This document shows, piece after piece, positions 50,692-60,350 of a stretch of DNA of 64,000 nt. The DNA lies in assembly GCA_963737655.1 (NCBI GenBank), contig CAVTTN010000002.1, positions 4,800,001-4,864,000 of the forward strand, written 5' to 3'. The notes beneath the pieces were generated by a model. The model did not search any database. It worked only from the letters and a program-made list of their open reading frames with translations, and was not told where the DNA came from. This DNA comes from an uncultured Planctomycetota bacterium. GTDB taxonomy: Bacteria; Planctomycetota; Planctomycetia; Isosphaerales; Isosphaeraceae. The position numbers were made by a program, and so were the translations under genes. Position 1 is the stretch's first letter. Every line of letters begins with the position of its first letter.

Positions 50692-50791
50692 GGTTAACCT
50701 CGCGCTGCAGAGGACCCCGCACCGCCGCGGCGCCCACCGTGCTATTATCGCCGTCTCGGCGGTGCGAGTCCGCCGAGCTTGGTCGTTCGAG
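50692..50791 (+). other. attC site 3 (100 bp, terminal, slightly degenerate)
   Basis: GGTTAACCTCGCGCTGCAGAGGACCCCGCACCGCCG...CGGCGGTGCGAGTCCGCCGAGCTTGGTCGTTCGAG; closely similar to attC1. Confidence 0.85.
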
Positions 50792-51026
50792 GATTTTTGC
50801 CGTCGGGCGATCCTACCGAATTGAGCCCCGGGGGCGTCGGGGGTACGATGGCCGTCGAGCGACGGGTTTTCCGAGGCGGACGGACCGCGAGGGGTCCGGG
50901 GCTTCGGTGCGACGCCGGGGGACGATCGCCGGGCGGCCCGATCGCCCCGGCCCCCGGCCCGGCGAGGCCCGTCCCGCCTTCGGCCCGCGCCTCTCGCCTC
51001 GACGTTCGACCTGGGGACCGGGTTTC

Positions 51027-52373
51027 ATGGCCACCTCCGACAAGCCAAGATCGGCCGAGGACACCCCGACCGACCTCCTGCCGGTGATCCGCAAGTCGGG
51101 CATCCTCAGCGAGAAACAATTCGAGGACCTCAAGGCCAAGGTCCTCGACGGCCGCTATCCCTTCGACCCCAGGGAACTCGCCGCCCGGCTGGTCAAGGAC
51201 CGCGTCCTGACCGACTACCAGGCCAAGAGGTTCCTGAGCAACAAGCCGCATGGCTTGACCGTCGGCAAGTACGTGATCCTCGACCGATTGGGCTCCGGCT
51301 CGATGGGGCGAGTCTACAAGGCCCAGCACCTGCTCATGGGTCGGGCCGTCGCGCTCAAGATCATCGCGCCGGAGATCGTGTCCAATCAGCGGGTCGTGGC
51401 GCGATTCCAGCGCGAGATGAAGCTGGTCGGCCGGCTCGATCATCCCAACGTGGTCCGCGCCTTCGACGCCGACCAGGCGGGCAGCATCCTGTACATCGTG
51501 ATGGAATACGTCGCCGGGGTGAGCCTGGGCCAAAGGTTCCGCGCCAAGGGCCCGCTGCCTCCCCTGGACGTGATCGACTACGCGGCGCAGTCGGCCCTGG
51601 GCCTGGCCCATGCTCACGGCCAGGGGATCGTCCATCGCGACGTGAAGCCGTCCAACCTGTTCCTCTCGCAGGACGGCCAGGTCAAGGTGCTGGACCTGGG
51701 CCTGGGCGTCCTGATGGAGGCCGACAGCTCCTCCTCGTTCGCCACGGCCGACGGCATCGCCGTGGGGACGATCGATTATATGAGCCCGGAGCAGGCCTGC
51801 GGCAAGGAGGTCGATGGCCGGAGCGACCTGTACTCGCTCGGCTGCTCGATGTTCCACCTGATCAGCGGTCGGCTGCCGTTCCCCGGGGATTCGCCCGTCG
51901 AGAGGCTGGGCAAGCGGATCAACGGCAAGCCCGCGCCGATCACCGACCTGGTGGGCGACCTGCCGGCGGGCCTGGCCGAGGTCATGGAGGCCCTGCTGGC
52001 CAACCGCCCCCACGAGCGGTTCCAGACCGCCCTGGAAGCCGCCGAGGCCCTCCACGACCTCCTGCCCCCCAAGGAGTCCTCGGGGATCAGCCGGAGGCCC
52101 GGCTACTCGGGCGTGGCGAACCTCTCCGGCGCCTCGGGCTCGGCGATCGCCCGGCCGGCCTCGGCCTCGTCCATGCCGTCCACCCAGGTCGCGCCGCCGC
52201 CCGCCCCTCCGCCCGAGCCGGAATACGTCGAGGTCCGGCCCGAATACCCCCTCTGGTTCGGCCCGATCGCGTCGATGGCCGAGAACTCCCCCGCCGCCCT
52301 CGTGCTGCTGGCCTCGCTCTCCATCCTGATCCTGTTCGCCAGCGGGTTCCTCACCGCCTTGCTCATCCGCTGA
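51027..52373 (+). CDS. Ser/Thr protein kinase with C-terminal TM anchor
   Basis: LGSGSMGRVY, VALK, HRDVKPSN, DLG and GTIDYMSPEQ motifs. Confidence 0.93.
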   Translation: MATSDKPRSAEDTPTDLLPVIRKSGILSEKQFEDLKAKVLDGRYPFDPRELAARLVKDRVLTDYQAKRFLSNKPHGLTVGKYVILDRLGSGSMGRVYKAQHLLMGRAVALKIIAPEIVSNQRVVARFQREMKLVGRLDHPNVVRAFDADQAGSILYIVMEYVAGVSLGQRFRAKGPLPPLDVIDYAAQSALGLAHAHGQGIVHRDVKPSNLFLSQDGQVKVLDLGLGVLMEADSSSSFATADGIAVGTIDYMSPEQACGKEVDGRSDLYSLGCSMFHLISGRLPFPGDSPVERLGKRINGKPAPITDLVGDLPAGLAEVMEALLANRPHERFQTALEAAEALHDLLPPKESSGISRRPGYSGVANLSGASGSAIARPASASSMPSTQVAPPPAPPPEPEYVEVRPEYPLWFGPIASMAENSPAALVLLASLSILILFASGFLTALLIR

Positions 52374-52380
52374 ACCGGCT

Positions 52381-53046
52381 TCAGAGGCCGTCGAACGACC
52401 ACCGGCACGCGATCACCACGAACGCCGCCTGGTGGGCGAGGATCGAGGTCCAGACCGGGTCGCGGGTGCCCCGGGGGCGGGACAGCTCGTACAGGAGCTG
52501 GACGACCAGGGCCGCGAACAGGATGGGCAGGACCACCCCGACCACCACGAGCAAGAGCCTCGCCACCGGCGCCGTCCCTCCGAACGCCCTGGCCGCCGCG
52601 GGCCCCCCGATCGCCGCCGAGGCCGCCCGGATCAACGCGGCCAGCGCCGGGATCGCAAGCACGGGGTGGAAAAAGAGTTGCGCGGCCAGGGCGCCGTCGG
52701 TCGGGGTCGCCCGGCTGGTCGCCAGCAGGCCGACGGCCGAGAAGCTCAGGGCCAGCGCGAACCACGAGGCCAGGTCCCCCTGCCCCTCGCGGATCGCCAC
52801 GCCCTGCCCCACGATCTCGATGGCCGCGAACGTCGCCAGGATCGCCACCAGCAGCCCATTGCCTCGGCGAGCCGGCCTCGACTCCCGGCCCGCCCACAGC
52901 CACGCCGCCGCCGTGAGCCCGTGCCCGGCCACGACCAGGGCCGCCACGTGGGCCGCGTCCGGGAACGCCGAGATCGCGTCGATCCCCAGCGCCGAGAACG
53001 CCACGACCCAGACCAGGCCCGACACCCCGATTCCCGGACGTCTCAC
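52381..53046 (-). CDS. Hypothetical membrane protein at the end of the cob cluster
   Basis: GTGA overlap with cbiET; several TM segments. Confidence 0.65.
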   Translation of the reverse strand: MRRPGIGVSGLVWVVAFSALGIDAISAFPDAAHVAALVVAGHGLTAAAWLWAGRESRPARRGNGLLVAILATFAAIEIVGQGVAIREGQGDLASWFALALSFSAVGLLATSRATPTDGALAAQLFFHPVLAIPALAALIRAASAAIGGPAAARAFGGTAPVARLLLVVVGVVLPILFAALVVQLLYELSRPRGTRDPVWTSILAHQAAFVVIACRWSFDGL

Positions 53047-54317
53047 GCCGAATCCTCCGCCGACCTCCGCGCCCGAACGACCCAGACCGGCCGGATCGGC
53101 ACGAACGTGGTCAAGCCCGCCAGGGGACGGGCCGGGCTGATCCGGACTTCGGTCACGTCTTCCTTCCAGCCCAGACTGCGAAACCTCGCCAGACTCTCGG
53201 CCAGGTTCTCCAACCCCACGAAGTTCGCCACGACCAGGCCGCCGGGGACCAGCCGATCGGCGACCGCGTCCAGGATCGGCCCGAGCCGTCCGCCCGAGCC
53301 GCCGAGGAACACGGCCGCCGGCCGTTCCTCACCCAGCAAGGCGTCGGGAGCATCCCCGGCAACAATACGCAAATTCCACGCCTCGAACCGTTTGCGATTT
53401 TCGACCAAGAAGGGCAAGCGGTCCGGAGATCGCTCGATCGCCACGACGTCTCGCCCCGGGAAGGCCCGGGCGAGCTCCACCGAGACGCCGCCCAGCCCCG
53501 CGCCCACGTCCCAGATCGGCCCCCCGGGCAGGTCGCGGAACCGGGCCAGGGAGACGGCGCGGACGTCCGAATGGGTCAGAAGGACCGGGCCCTCCTCGGG
53601 AGCGGCGAATGCCTCGTCGGCGAACCCCGGGGGGCCGGCTTCCGGCCCTTTCGGGCGATCGATCCGTTCCAGGATCACGATGTTCAGGTCATCGAAGGCC
53701 CGGCCGATGAGGTCGCCGATCGGGAATTCGCGGACTCGCTCGCGATCCGTGCCCAGCGCCTCGGCGACCCAGGCGCGATGGCCGTCCAGACCGCGATCGA
53801 CGAAAAACGCGGCGATTTCGGAGGGGCTCCGGCCGTCCCGGGTGAAGATCCCGAGCTTGGGGCAGCCGAGATGAGGCCGCAACGTCTCGGCTAGGGGGCG
53901 GCCGTGGACGCTCGCCACCGTCGCATCATGCCAGCTTGAGCCAATTCCGGCGAACGCCCGTTGCATGCTCGAAACGGCCGGTTCCACGGAGATCTGGTCG
54001 CGACCCAGGGCCGAGCCCAGGAACGCGCCGATCCCGTAGAAGAGCGGATCGCCGGAGGCCAGGACCACGCATCGTTCGGTCGACGACCGATCGCGGAGCC
54101 GGGCGGCCAGGTCGTCCAGGTTGTCGGTAATCGCAAACAGTTCCGCCCGGTGCGGACCGATCAGGGCGAGATGACGCCGCCCACCGGCCAGGAAATCGGC
54201 CGAGTCCACCGCCTCTCGGGCCTCGGGCGGCATGCCCGGGAGGCCGTCGGCCCCGATCCCGATGACCTTGATGGGCAGGCGTGTCCTCGATCCGATCGGG
54301 TGCATGAAGGGCACCAT
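53043..54317 (-). CDS. cbiE: Bifunctional precorrin-6Y C5,15-methyltransferase (CbiE/CbiT, CobL)
   Basis: VIGIGADG, VLASGDPLFYGIG, SVHGR, WDVGAGLGGVS and VFLGGSGG motifs. Confidence 0.92.
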   Translation of the reverse strand: MVPFMHPIGSRTRLPIKVIGIGADGLPGMPPEAREAVDSADFLAGGRRHLALIGPHRAELFAITDNLDDLAARLRDRSSTERCVVLASGDPLFYGIGAFLGSALGRDQISVEPAVSSMQRAFAGIGSSWHDATVASVHGRPLAETLRPHLGCPKLGIFTRDGRSPSEIAAFFVDRGLDGHRAWVAEALGTDRERVREFPIGDLIGRAFDDLNIVILERIDRPKGPEAGPPGFADEAFAAPEEGPVLLTHSDVRAVSLARFRDLPGGPIWDVGAGLGGVSVELARAFPGRDVVAIERSPDRLPFLVENRKRFEAWNLRIVAGDAPDALLGEERPAAVFLGGSGGRLGPILDAVADRLVPGGLVVANFVGLENLAESLARFRSLGWKEDVTEVRISPARPLAGLTTFVPIRPVWVVRARRSAEDSA

Positions 54318-54340
54318 CCTTCCTGTATTGATGGATCGTG

Positions 54341-54490
54341 TGACATTCATACGTATTCGTAAGCATGTCTTCGATCAGGATCGAGTCGAATATGTTTGAC
54401 TTATAATCATATAAATTTTATGTTAAACACCTATTGATTAGGTCGCTATCGAACCGAAGACATGCTTACGAGGACGTAAGCATGCCACCC
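54341..54490. repeat. Family-A inverted doublet with AT-rich spacer, overlapping the cbiD 3' end
   Basis: cgtaagcatgtcttcg ... cgaagacatgcttacgaggacgtaagcatgccaccc. Confidence 0.75.
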
Positions 54491-55634
54491 GGGGGAGAGG
54501 TCTCGCGCGCAGCGCGTTCCCTTCGAAATCGAACAGGATGACTTCGATTTCCGGCCCTCCGCCGGCGTGATCCCGGCAGTTCCGGGCCGCTCGCGAGGCG
54601 ACGAGGCGATAGAACGGCTCGAAGCCGGCCGAGTCGATCAGGTCTTCCACGTGACGGCCCGTGTTTGCTGCTTCGATCTGGCGGACCAGCGAATCGTCGG
54701 CGCCGGCCTCCCTCGCGAGCCCGGCGAGGAACGTCAGATCGACGCCTCCGCCCGCGACATGGGTTTGCATCCGTCCGGCGGCCAGCTTGGCGAGCTTGCC
54801 GATCATCCCGCAGATCGTGACCTTGGGCACGCCCCGCTCGACGGCCCGTTTCAGGGCCTCGCCGGTGAAGATGCCCATCTGCACGAAGGCCATTTCGGGG
54901 AGCTCGGGGTAGACCCCGGCCGCGAATCGTTCGGATCGGCCGCCGGTGGTCAGGACCAGGTGATCGAGGCTGTTCGCCGCCGCGACGTCGATCGACTGGA
55001 GGACCGACGCCCGCCAGCTCGCCGTGCTCATCGGCCGGACCACGCCGGTCGTGCCCAGGATCGAGAGGCCGCCGACGATCCCGATCCGCGAGTTCAGCGT
55101 CTTCCTGGCCAGCTCCTCGCCCCCGGGGATCGCGATCACGACCTCCACGCCGGGCTCGGGCCGATCGGTCCCATAAACCATCGCCACGCCTTCCAGGATC
55201 ATCGTCCGGGGGACCGGATTGATGGCCGGCGAGCCCGGGGGCAGCTCCAGTCCGGGCTGGGTGATCGTGCCGACGCCTTCGCCGCCCAGAATCCTCACGC
55301 CCGGCTCGCCCCCTCGGCGGACGGTCGCGAGGACCTCGGCCCCGTGGGTCACGTCGGGGTCGTCCCCGGCGTCCTTGACGACTCCGGCCAGGGCCGTGCC
55401 GTTTTCGTATCGCAATCGGTTGATCGGAATGGTCAGGTCGAACCCCAGGGGCGATCGCACGAGGACCGAGTCCGGCCTCTCGTCGCGGTCGAGCAGTCTG
55501 CAGGCGGCCTGGGCGGCGGCGGCGGCCGAGGCCCCGGTGGTGAACCCCTCGCGCATCCCCTTGGGGTCCCTGGGCGGGACGGTCAGGCCCCGGCAGATCT
55601 CGACCGGCGATCGGGCCGGGGCCTCCGCGTTCAT
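54438..55634 (-). CDS. cbiD: Cobalt-precorrin-5B C1-methyltransferase
   Basis: GFTTGASAAAA, KDAGDDPDVTHG, AINPVPR and GGLSILGTTG motifs. Confidence 0.95.
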   Translation of the reverse strand: MNAEAPARSPVEICRGLTVPPRDPKGMREGFTTGASAAAAAQAACRLLDRDERPDSVLVRSPLGFDLTIPINRLRYENGTALAGVVKDAGDDPDVTHGAEVLATVRRGGEPGVRILGGEGVGTITQPGLELPPGSPAINPVPRTMILEGVAMVYGTDRPEPGVEVVIAIPGGEELARKTLNSRIGIVGGLSILGTTGVVRPMSTASWRASVLQSIDVAAANSLDHLVLTTGGRSERFAAGVYPELPEMAFVQMGIFTGEALKRAVERGVPKVTICGMIGKLAKLAAGRMQTHVAGGGVDLTFLAGLAREAGADDSLVRQIEAANTGRHVEDLIDSAGFEPFYRLVASRAARNCRDHAGGGPEIEVILFDFEGNALRARPLPRVACLRPRKHVFGSIAT

Positions 55635-56485
55635 GGGGCCTTCGAGGCCGCCCGGGCCTCGCGGATCGCCTCGAAAAGCGTCTTGCTGTCCCCGCCCCGG
55701 AAGTACGTCCGGGGCTGCGACTTCGAGCCGCCGAGGCTGAACGCGCCGGGAGGCTCGGAGGTCGAATACAGGGAGACCTCGACCAGCCCGCCGCCCTTCA
55801 GGGTCAGGACCAGGGCGCCGAGCGACTCCCAGTTCGCGGGCTTCGGATCGACGGTCGCCGGGGTCATCGCGGCGAGGACCCTGGGGATCGACTCGGCGGG
55901 GACCGCGAACGGCCCGGTCGGCTTGCCCGGGACGTTCGGCGAGACGCTCAGATGGGCGGTCATCGCCTCGATGTCGTCGGCCTCGGGCAAAGACGGCGGG
56001 TTGGCGTCGCGGATGACTTCCATGATCGCGCGGTCGGTGCCCCCGCGATAATACGTCCGGCCGTTGCCGGCGCCGTCGCTCACGGCGAAGCCGCCGGTGG
56101 GCTCGCCCGTCGCGTAGAGGTCGACGGTCCACTCCTTGCCGTCGCGGGTGGTCAGGTCGAGCTTGCCGAGTTCCTGCCACTTGGCGGGGTTGGGGTCGAA
56201 TTTGGCGGGCCCGAGGGCGTCCATGATCTTCGGGATGGCGGTGTCGGGGACGGCGAACGGGCCGACCTTCGGGCCGAGGGGGGCTTTTGCGCTGGGCCCG
56301 TCGAAGGTGTACGAGAGCTCGGCCGTCATCCGGGTGATCGACCCGGCCCGCGGCAGGGCGGTCTCCGGGACGCCGTTCCAGCCGCCCCAGCCGGGCCGGA
56401 GCATCACGGTGAACACCGCCGCCGCCAGCGCGATGAACGCGCCGAAGGCGAACTTGATCCCCATCCCCGGCTTGCCTTCGCTCAT
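55631..56485 (-). CDS. Membrane-anchored hypothetical protein with two tandem copies of a ~115-aa domain
   Basis: MTA.LS...GPFAVP...DP.PA.W..LG.L.LT...V.LY.T.EP.G.F...RTY.RGG occurs twice; ATGA overlaps at both ends. Confidence 0.75.
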   Translation of the reverse strand: MSEGKPGMGIKFAFGAFIALAAAVFTVMLRPGWGGWNGVPETALPRAGSITRMTAELSYTFDGPSAKAPLGPKVGPFAVPDTAIPKIMDALGPAKFDPNPAKWQELGKLDLTTRDGKEWTVDLYATGEPTGGFAVSDGAGNGRTYYRGGTDRAIMEVIRDANPPSLPEADDIEAMTAHLSVSPNVPGKPTGPFAVPAESIPRVLAAMTPATVDPKPANWESLGALVLTLKGGGLVEVSLYSTSEPPGAFSLGGSKSQPRTYFRGGDSKTLFEAIREARAASKAP

Positions 56486-58064
56486 GAGTCCCCCCCCCCG
56501 CGTCCGGCCATCTCCAGCAAGGCGTTGATCGCCGCCGCCGAGACGGCCGTCCCGCCCTTGCGGCCCACGCTCGTGAGGAACGGGACGGCCGATTGCCCGA
56601 CCAGGAGCCCCTTGGACTCCTCCACGCCGACGAACCCGACGGGAATCCCTACGACGCACGCCGGCCGCCAGCCCTCGTCGAGCACCAGGCGGAGGCACTC
56701 GACCAGGGCCGTCGGCGCATTGCCCACGGCCACGACCGCGCCCTCGCCGACCTTCCCCGCCGCAATCCTCATTCCGAGGGCCGACCGCGTGAGGCCGTCG
56801 GGAGGATTCGCGGCCTCCCCCAGCCCGCAGACGGCCTCCACCCCGAGAGGGCCGGCCAGATCGCGGCGGATTCCGCTCCGGAGCATCTCCACGTCGCAAA
56901 CCACCGGCCGACCCTGCCGGAAGGCATTCACGGCCGATTCGATGGCCCCTGGGCCGACTCGGAGGTTCCCCACGTAATCGAAATCCGCCGAGGCATGGAT
57001 CATCCGGCGGAGGACGGCGCGTTCGGAGGGGTCGGAGGGGTTCGGGCCGAGCTCGCGATCGATGATCCGCAGCGACTCGGCCATGATCCGATCCCCTTCG
57101 GACGGCGAAGGCGACGCCGGACGGAATCCGGTCCCCTCGCCCCCGCCCCGGGGGAGAGGGTTAGGGTGAGGGGGCGGACTGTCCCCAGGGGCCGAGGCGG
57201 AGTCCCGCATCGAGAGGCGCGCGGCCCCCTGACCCTGCCCTCTCCCCCGGGGCGGGGGAGAGGGGGAATGGGCTTGAGAAGACGGCTCGCCGCCCTCCTT
57301 CGCCCGGTAGATCCGGGGCGTGATCATCCGTCCGCGATCGACGAACGTCCGCGAACTGCCGACGACCACGGTGGAGAACATCGAGACCTCGGCGGTCGCC
57401 AGGGCGTCGAGGCGGACGATTTCCACTTTCTGCGCCGGCCGGTACGCGTTCTCGACCAGGCCGACCGGCGTCCCTGGTTCGCGGAGGCGTAGCAAGAGAT
57501 CCACCACCGCCGGGAGCTGCCAGGTCCGGGTCCGGCTCCTCGGGTTGTAGAACGCCAGGACGAAATCGGCCCGCGCCGCCGCCTCGACCCGTTCGAGGAT
57601 CGTCTCCCACGGGGTCAGCAGGTCGCTCAGGCTGATCGAGGCCCAGTCGTGGGCGAGAGGGCGCCGAGGAGGGCCGCCGCCGAGAGCGCCGCCGTGATCC
57701 CGGGGACGGTCAGGATCTCCGCCGACGATCGGCGGGCCGCGGCGATCTCGAACGCCACGCCGCCCATCGCGTAGACGCCCGCGTCTCCGCTGGAGACCAG
57801 CGCCACGGTCCGGCCCGATTCGGCCAGATCCAACGCCTCGCCGGCCCGCTCGACCTCCTGGCCGAGGTCGCGGCCCAGGACGAGCTTGCCGGCCAGGCGG
57901 TCGGCGATCAGGTCGAGATAGCCGCGATAGCCGACGACGGCGTCGGCGCGGTCGATCGCCGACGCCGCATCGGGCGTGATCGCCCCGGGGGAGCCGGGGC
58001 CGAGGCCCACGATCAGGAGGGCCCCTCGGCCGGTCGTCGGGTTCCGGTCGCGATCCGAGGGCAT
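56482..58064 (-). CDS. cobJ: Precorrin-3B C17-methyltransferase (CobJ/CbiH) fused to precorrin-8X methylmutase (CobH/CbiC); frameshift near 57660
   Basis: VGLGPG, VSSGDAGVYAMG, ISLSDLLTPW, FYNPRS, then RRMIHASADF, GNAPTAL, GIPVGFV, GRKGGT. Confidence 0.88.
57132..57267. repeat. REP-like inverted doublet (CCCCTC.CCC...GGGAGAGGGTTAGGGTGAGGGG) inside the CobJ-CobH linker
   Basis: 57132-57175 is nearly the reverse complement of 57224-57267. Confidence 0.88.
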
Positions 58065-58282
58065 GGCGGCTCCGGTCTGGGGATCGGGCCGTCGATCGGC
58101 CCCTCCGCGCATTCTCGCCGAAAGCCGCCCGCCGAGGAAGGGCGCGGCCAGGGGCCGTAAGAAGGCCGGGCGGTGCTCGCTTCTCACGCCTAGTCTGGCC
58201 TGATATGTTCGTCGGGCCGGGGCTGCGAGGCCCGAGATCGTCGGAACGCGCCGGGCCGATCCGCCCGGGAAGGGACGCCACG

Positions 58283-59671
58283 ATGCCGACCCGCTACCAG
58301 TGCTCCGACTGCAAGGGGACCTTCGACGTCGAGATCGGCGCCCCGGCGCCGAAGTGCCCCAAGGGGGACGGCGCGATGCCGGAGGTGGGCCGGACCCTGG
58401 TCCCCCCGACCGGCTGCCTCTATGGCGCCGAGGCCTTCAACCGCCAGAGGTTCCAGTACCTCCACTTCGTCCCCTCGACGGGCCGGGGCAAGTTCGACAT
58501 CGATTACCGGCCGATGACCGGGATCTTCACCGTCACGGTCAAGTTCGGCGTCGAGTACGTCGATCCGGGGACGTTCAGCTGGTTCGGCTCCAAGGAGAAG
58601 GCCGCCCTCCAGGAGTCCTTCGGCGAGAGCGTCCAGCGATACTGGGACAACAAGTGCCAGATCCAGTGTACCCAGGTCGGCTGGACGAATATCGTGGTGC
58701 GACCGAGGTTCCGCGTGGAGTTCGGCACCCTGGTCGGGGCCCATTTCCGCATGGTGATCAGCCGGGAAGACAGCCGGACCCGGGACTCCGGATCGCGCGA
58801 GTGCCGGGGGTTCGTCTCGCTGAATCAGGTCACCACCAACGACCCGACGGTCCAGGACCGGATCGAGCTCCGGGACTTCCAGATCCGCGACTTCAACCAC
58901 GGGGTCGGCGGACTCCAGACGGCCGGCAAGGACAGCCAGTTCCTGGAAAAAGCGATCGAGACCAGCGGGATGCCCAACCGGAAGGTCGATGCCCGGGTCA
59001 CGTCGGACCGGGGGCCTCTGGACGTCCGCCAGGTCGTCGGCGACCTGGGGTTCGCGGACAACGCCTCGGATTTCGGCGCGTCCCTGGCCCAGATCACCAA
59101 GTTCGCCGCCGACGTGAACCGGCAGCTCCCCGGCTCGCACCCGGTCCCGATCCAGATCAAGGGGTTCGCCAAGCCGACGGAGACCAGCCCGGCCACGCTC
59201 GCCGCGGCCCGGGCCCAGGCCGTCCGCACCTTCCTGACGACCACCCGCCGCATCCCCAACCCGATCGAGGTGCTGACCCCGGTCGGCTCGGGCAAGGCGG
59301 CGGTGGAGATCTCGGTGGACCAGGATTTCGAGTGGTCGTTCAAGAGGGGGGAGCGGCCCTTCGAGTACAACGTCGCCGCCCACGAGTTCGGCCACCTGAT
59401 CGGCCTGCCCGACGAGTACGAGAACCCCGAAGGAGGCCCCGGCGCCACCGCCGACGCCGCCGCCAAGGCCAAGGTCAAGACCAACTTCCTCGCCCTGACC
59501 GAACGCGCCCGGATCGCCCCGCCCACGTTCCCTTCGCACACGTCCAGCCTGATGTCCGACGGCATGACCTCCATGAACTGGCACTTCGTCACCGTCTGGG
59601 ACGCCCTGACCTTCCTCACGGCCGAATACATCGATCCGGAGTCCTGGGACGTCCGCGTCCCTCGGGTCTGA
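58283..59671 (+). CDS. Putative zinc metallopeptidase (HExxH) with N-terminal Cys cluster and possible OmpA-like region
   Basis: CSDC...CPK, IKGFA...LAAARAQAVRTFL, AAHEFGHLIGLPDEY, SLMS. Confidence 0.7.
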   Translation: MPTRYQCSDCKGTFDVEIGAPAPKCPKGDGAMPEVGRTLVPPTGCLYGAEAFNRQRFQYLHFVPSTGRGKFDIDYRPMTGIFTVTVKFGVEYVDPGTFSWFGSKEKAALQESFGESVQRYWDNKCQIQCTQVGWTNIVVRPRFRVEFGTLVGAHFRMVISREDSRTRDSGSRECRGFVSLNQVTTNDPTVQDRIELRDFQIRDFNHGVGGLQTAGKDSQFLEKAIETSGMPNRKVDARVTSDRGPLDVRQVVGDLGFADNASDFGASLAQITKFAADVNRQLPGSHPVPIQIKGFAKPTETSPATLAAARAQAVRTFLTTTRRIPNPIEVLTPVGSGKAAVEISVDQDFEWSFKRGERPFEYNVAAHEFGHLIGLPDEYENPEGGPGATADAAAKAKVKTNFLALTERARIAPPTFPSHTSSLMSDGMTSMNWHFVTVWDALTFLTAEYIDPESWDVRVPRV

Positions 59672-60350
59672 CCAAAACCAGCGAGAAGTACGACAGCGAA
59701 ACGCCCAGGGCGTCCTCCAGGCGGAGGAAGACCCGCTCGTCGGGCCGGCCCAGCCTCTCGACCAGGGCGGCGCGGTCCAGGGCGTTTCGTTTCCGCAACT
59801 CCTCGACCAAAACGGGCAGGACGCCGGCCGCCTTCAGCCAGCACGAGCCTCCGCCTCGATCGAGGATCGCGCCGATCTCGTCGGGATGGTACGTCGCCGG
59901 GCAGACCGTCAGGATTTCCTCTTTTTGAGCCAACGGCCAGCCCAGGACGGCCGCCGCCGCGCTCATGGCCGGGACCCCGGGGACGATCTCGACGGCGATC
60001 TCCGGCCGAAGCCGCTCGATCAGGTACGAACCCGTCCCGAAGAGCATCGGATCGCCCTCGGTCAGGAACGCGACCGAGTTTCCCAGCGCGATTTCCGACC
60101 GGATCGCCTCGGCGACGCGATCATAGCCCACGGAGCCGTCATCCGGCCCTCGCCTCATGGCCAGGGCCATCCCCCGGACGGCCTGATCGGGCCGGAGCAG
60201 CCCGGCGACGACCTCGAAGGCGAACCCGGAATCATCCCGACGGCCGGGATGGAGGAGGGTCCGGGCCCGTTCCAGGACACGGACGGCCTTCAAGGTGAGC
60301 AACTCGGGGTCGCCGGGCCCGACGCCGACGATCGCGGCCGTCGGCGTCAC
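59616..60350 (-). CDS. cobI: Precorrin-2 C20-methyltransferase (CobI/CbiL)
   Basis: GVGPGDPELLTLKA, FLTEGDPMLFG, IVPGVPA and SYFSLVLV motifs. Confidence 0.92.
   Translation of the reverse strand: MTPTAAIVGVGPGDPELLTLKAVRVLERARTLLHPGRRDDSGFAFEVVAGLLRPDQAVRGMALAMRRGPDDGSVGYDRVAEAIRSEIALGNSVAFLTEGDPMLFGTGSYLIERLRPEIAVEIVPGVPAMSAAAAVLGWPLAQKEEILTVCPATYHPDEIGAILDRGGGSCWLKAAGVLPVLVEELRKRNALDRAALVERLGRPDERVFLRLEDALGVSLSYFSLVLVRPEGRGRPRTPDRCIRP

Noticed and set aside
58065..58282. Cobalamin riboswitch upstream of cobJ
   Set aside because: I could not identify a B12-box consensus by eye; an Rfam scan would be needed.
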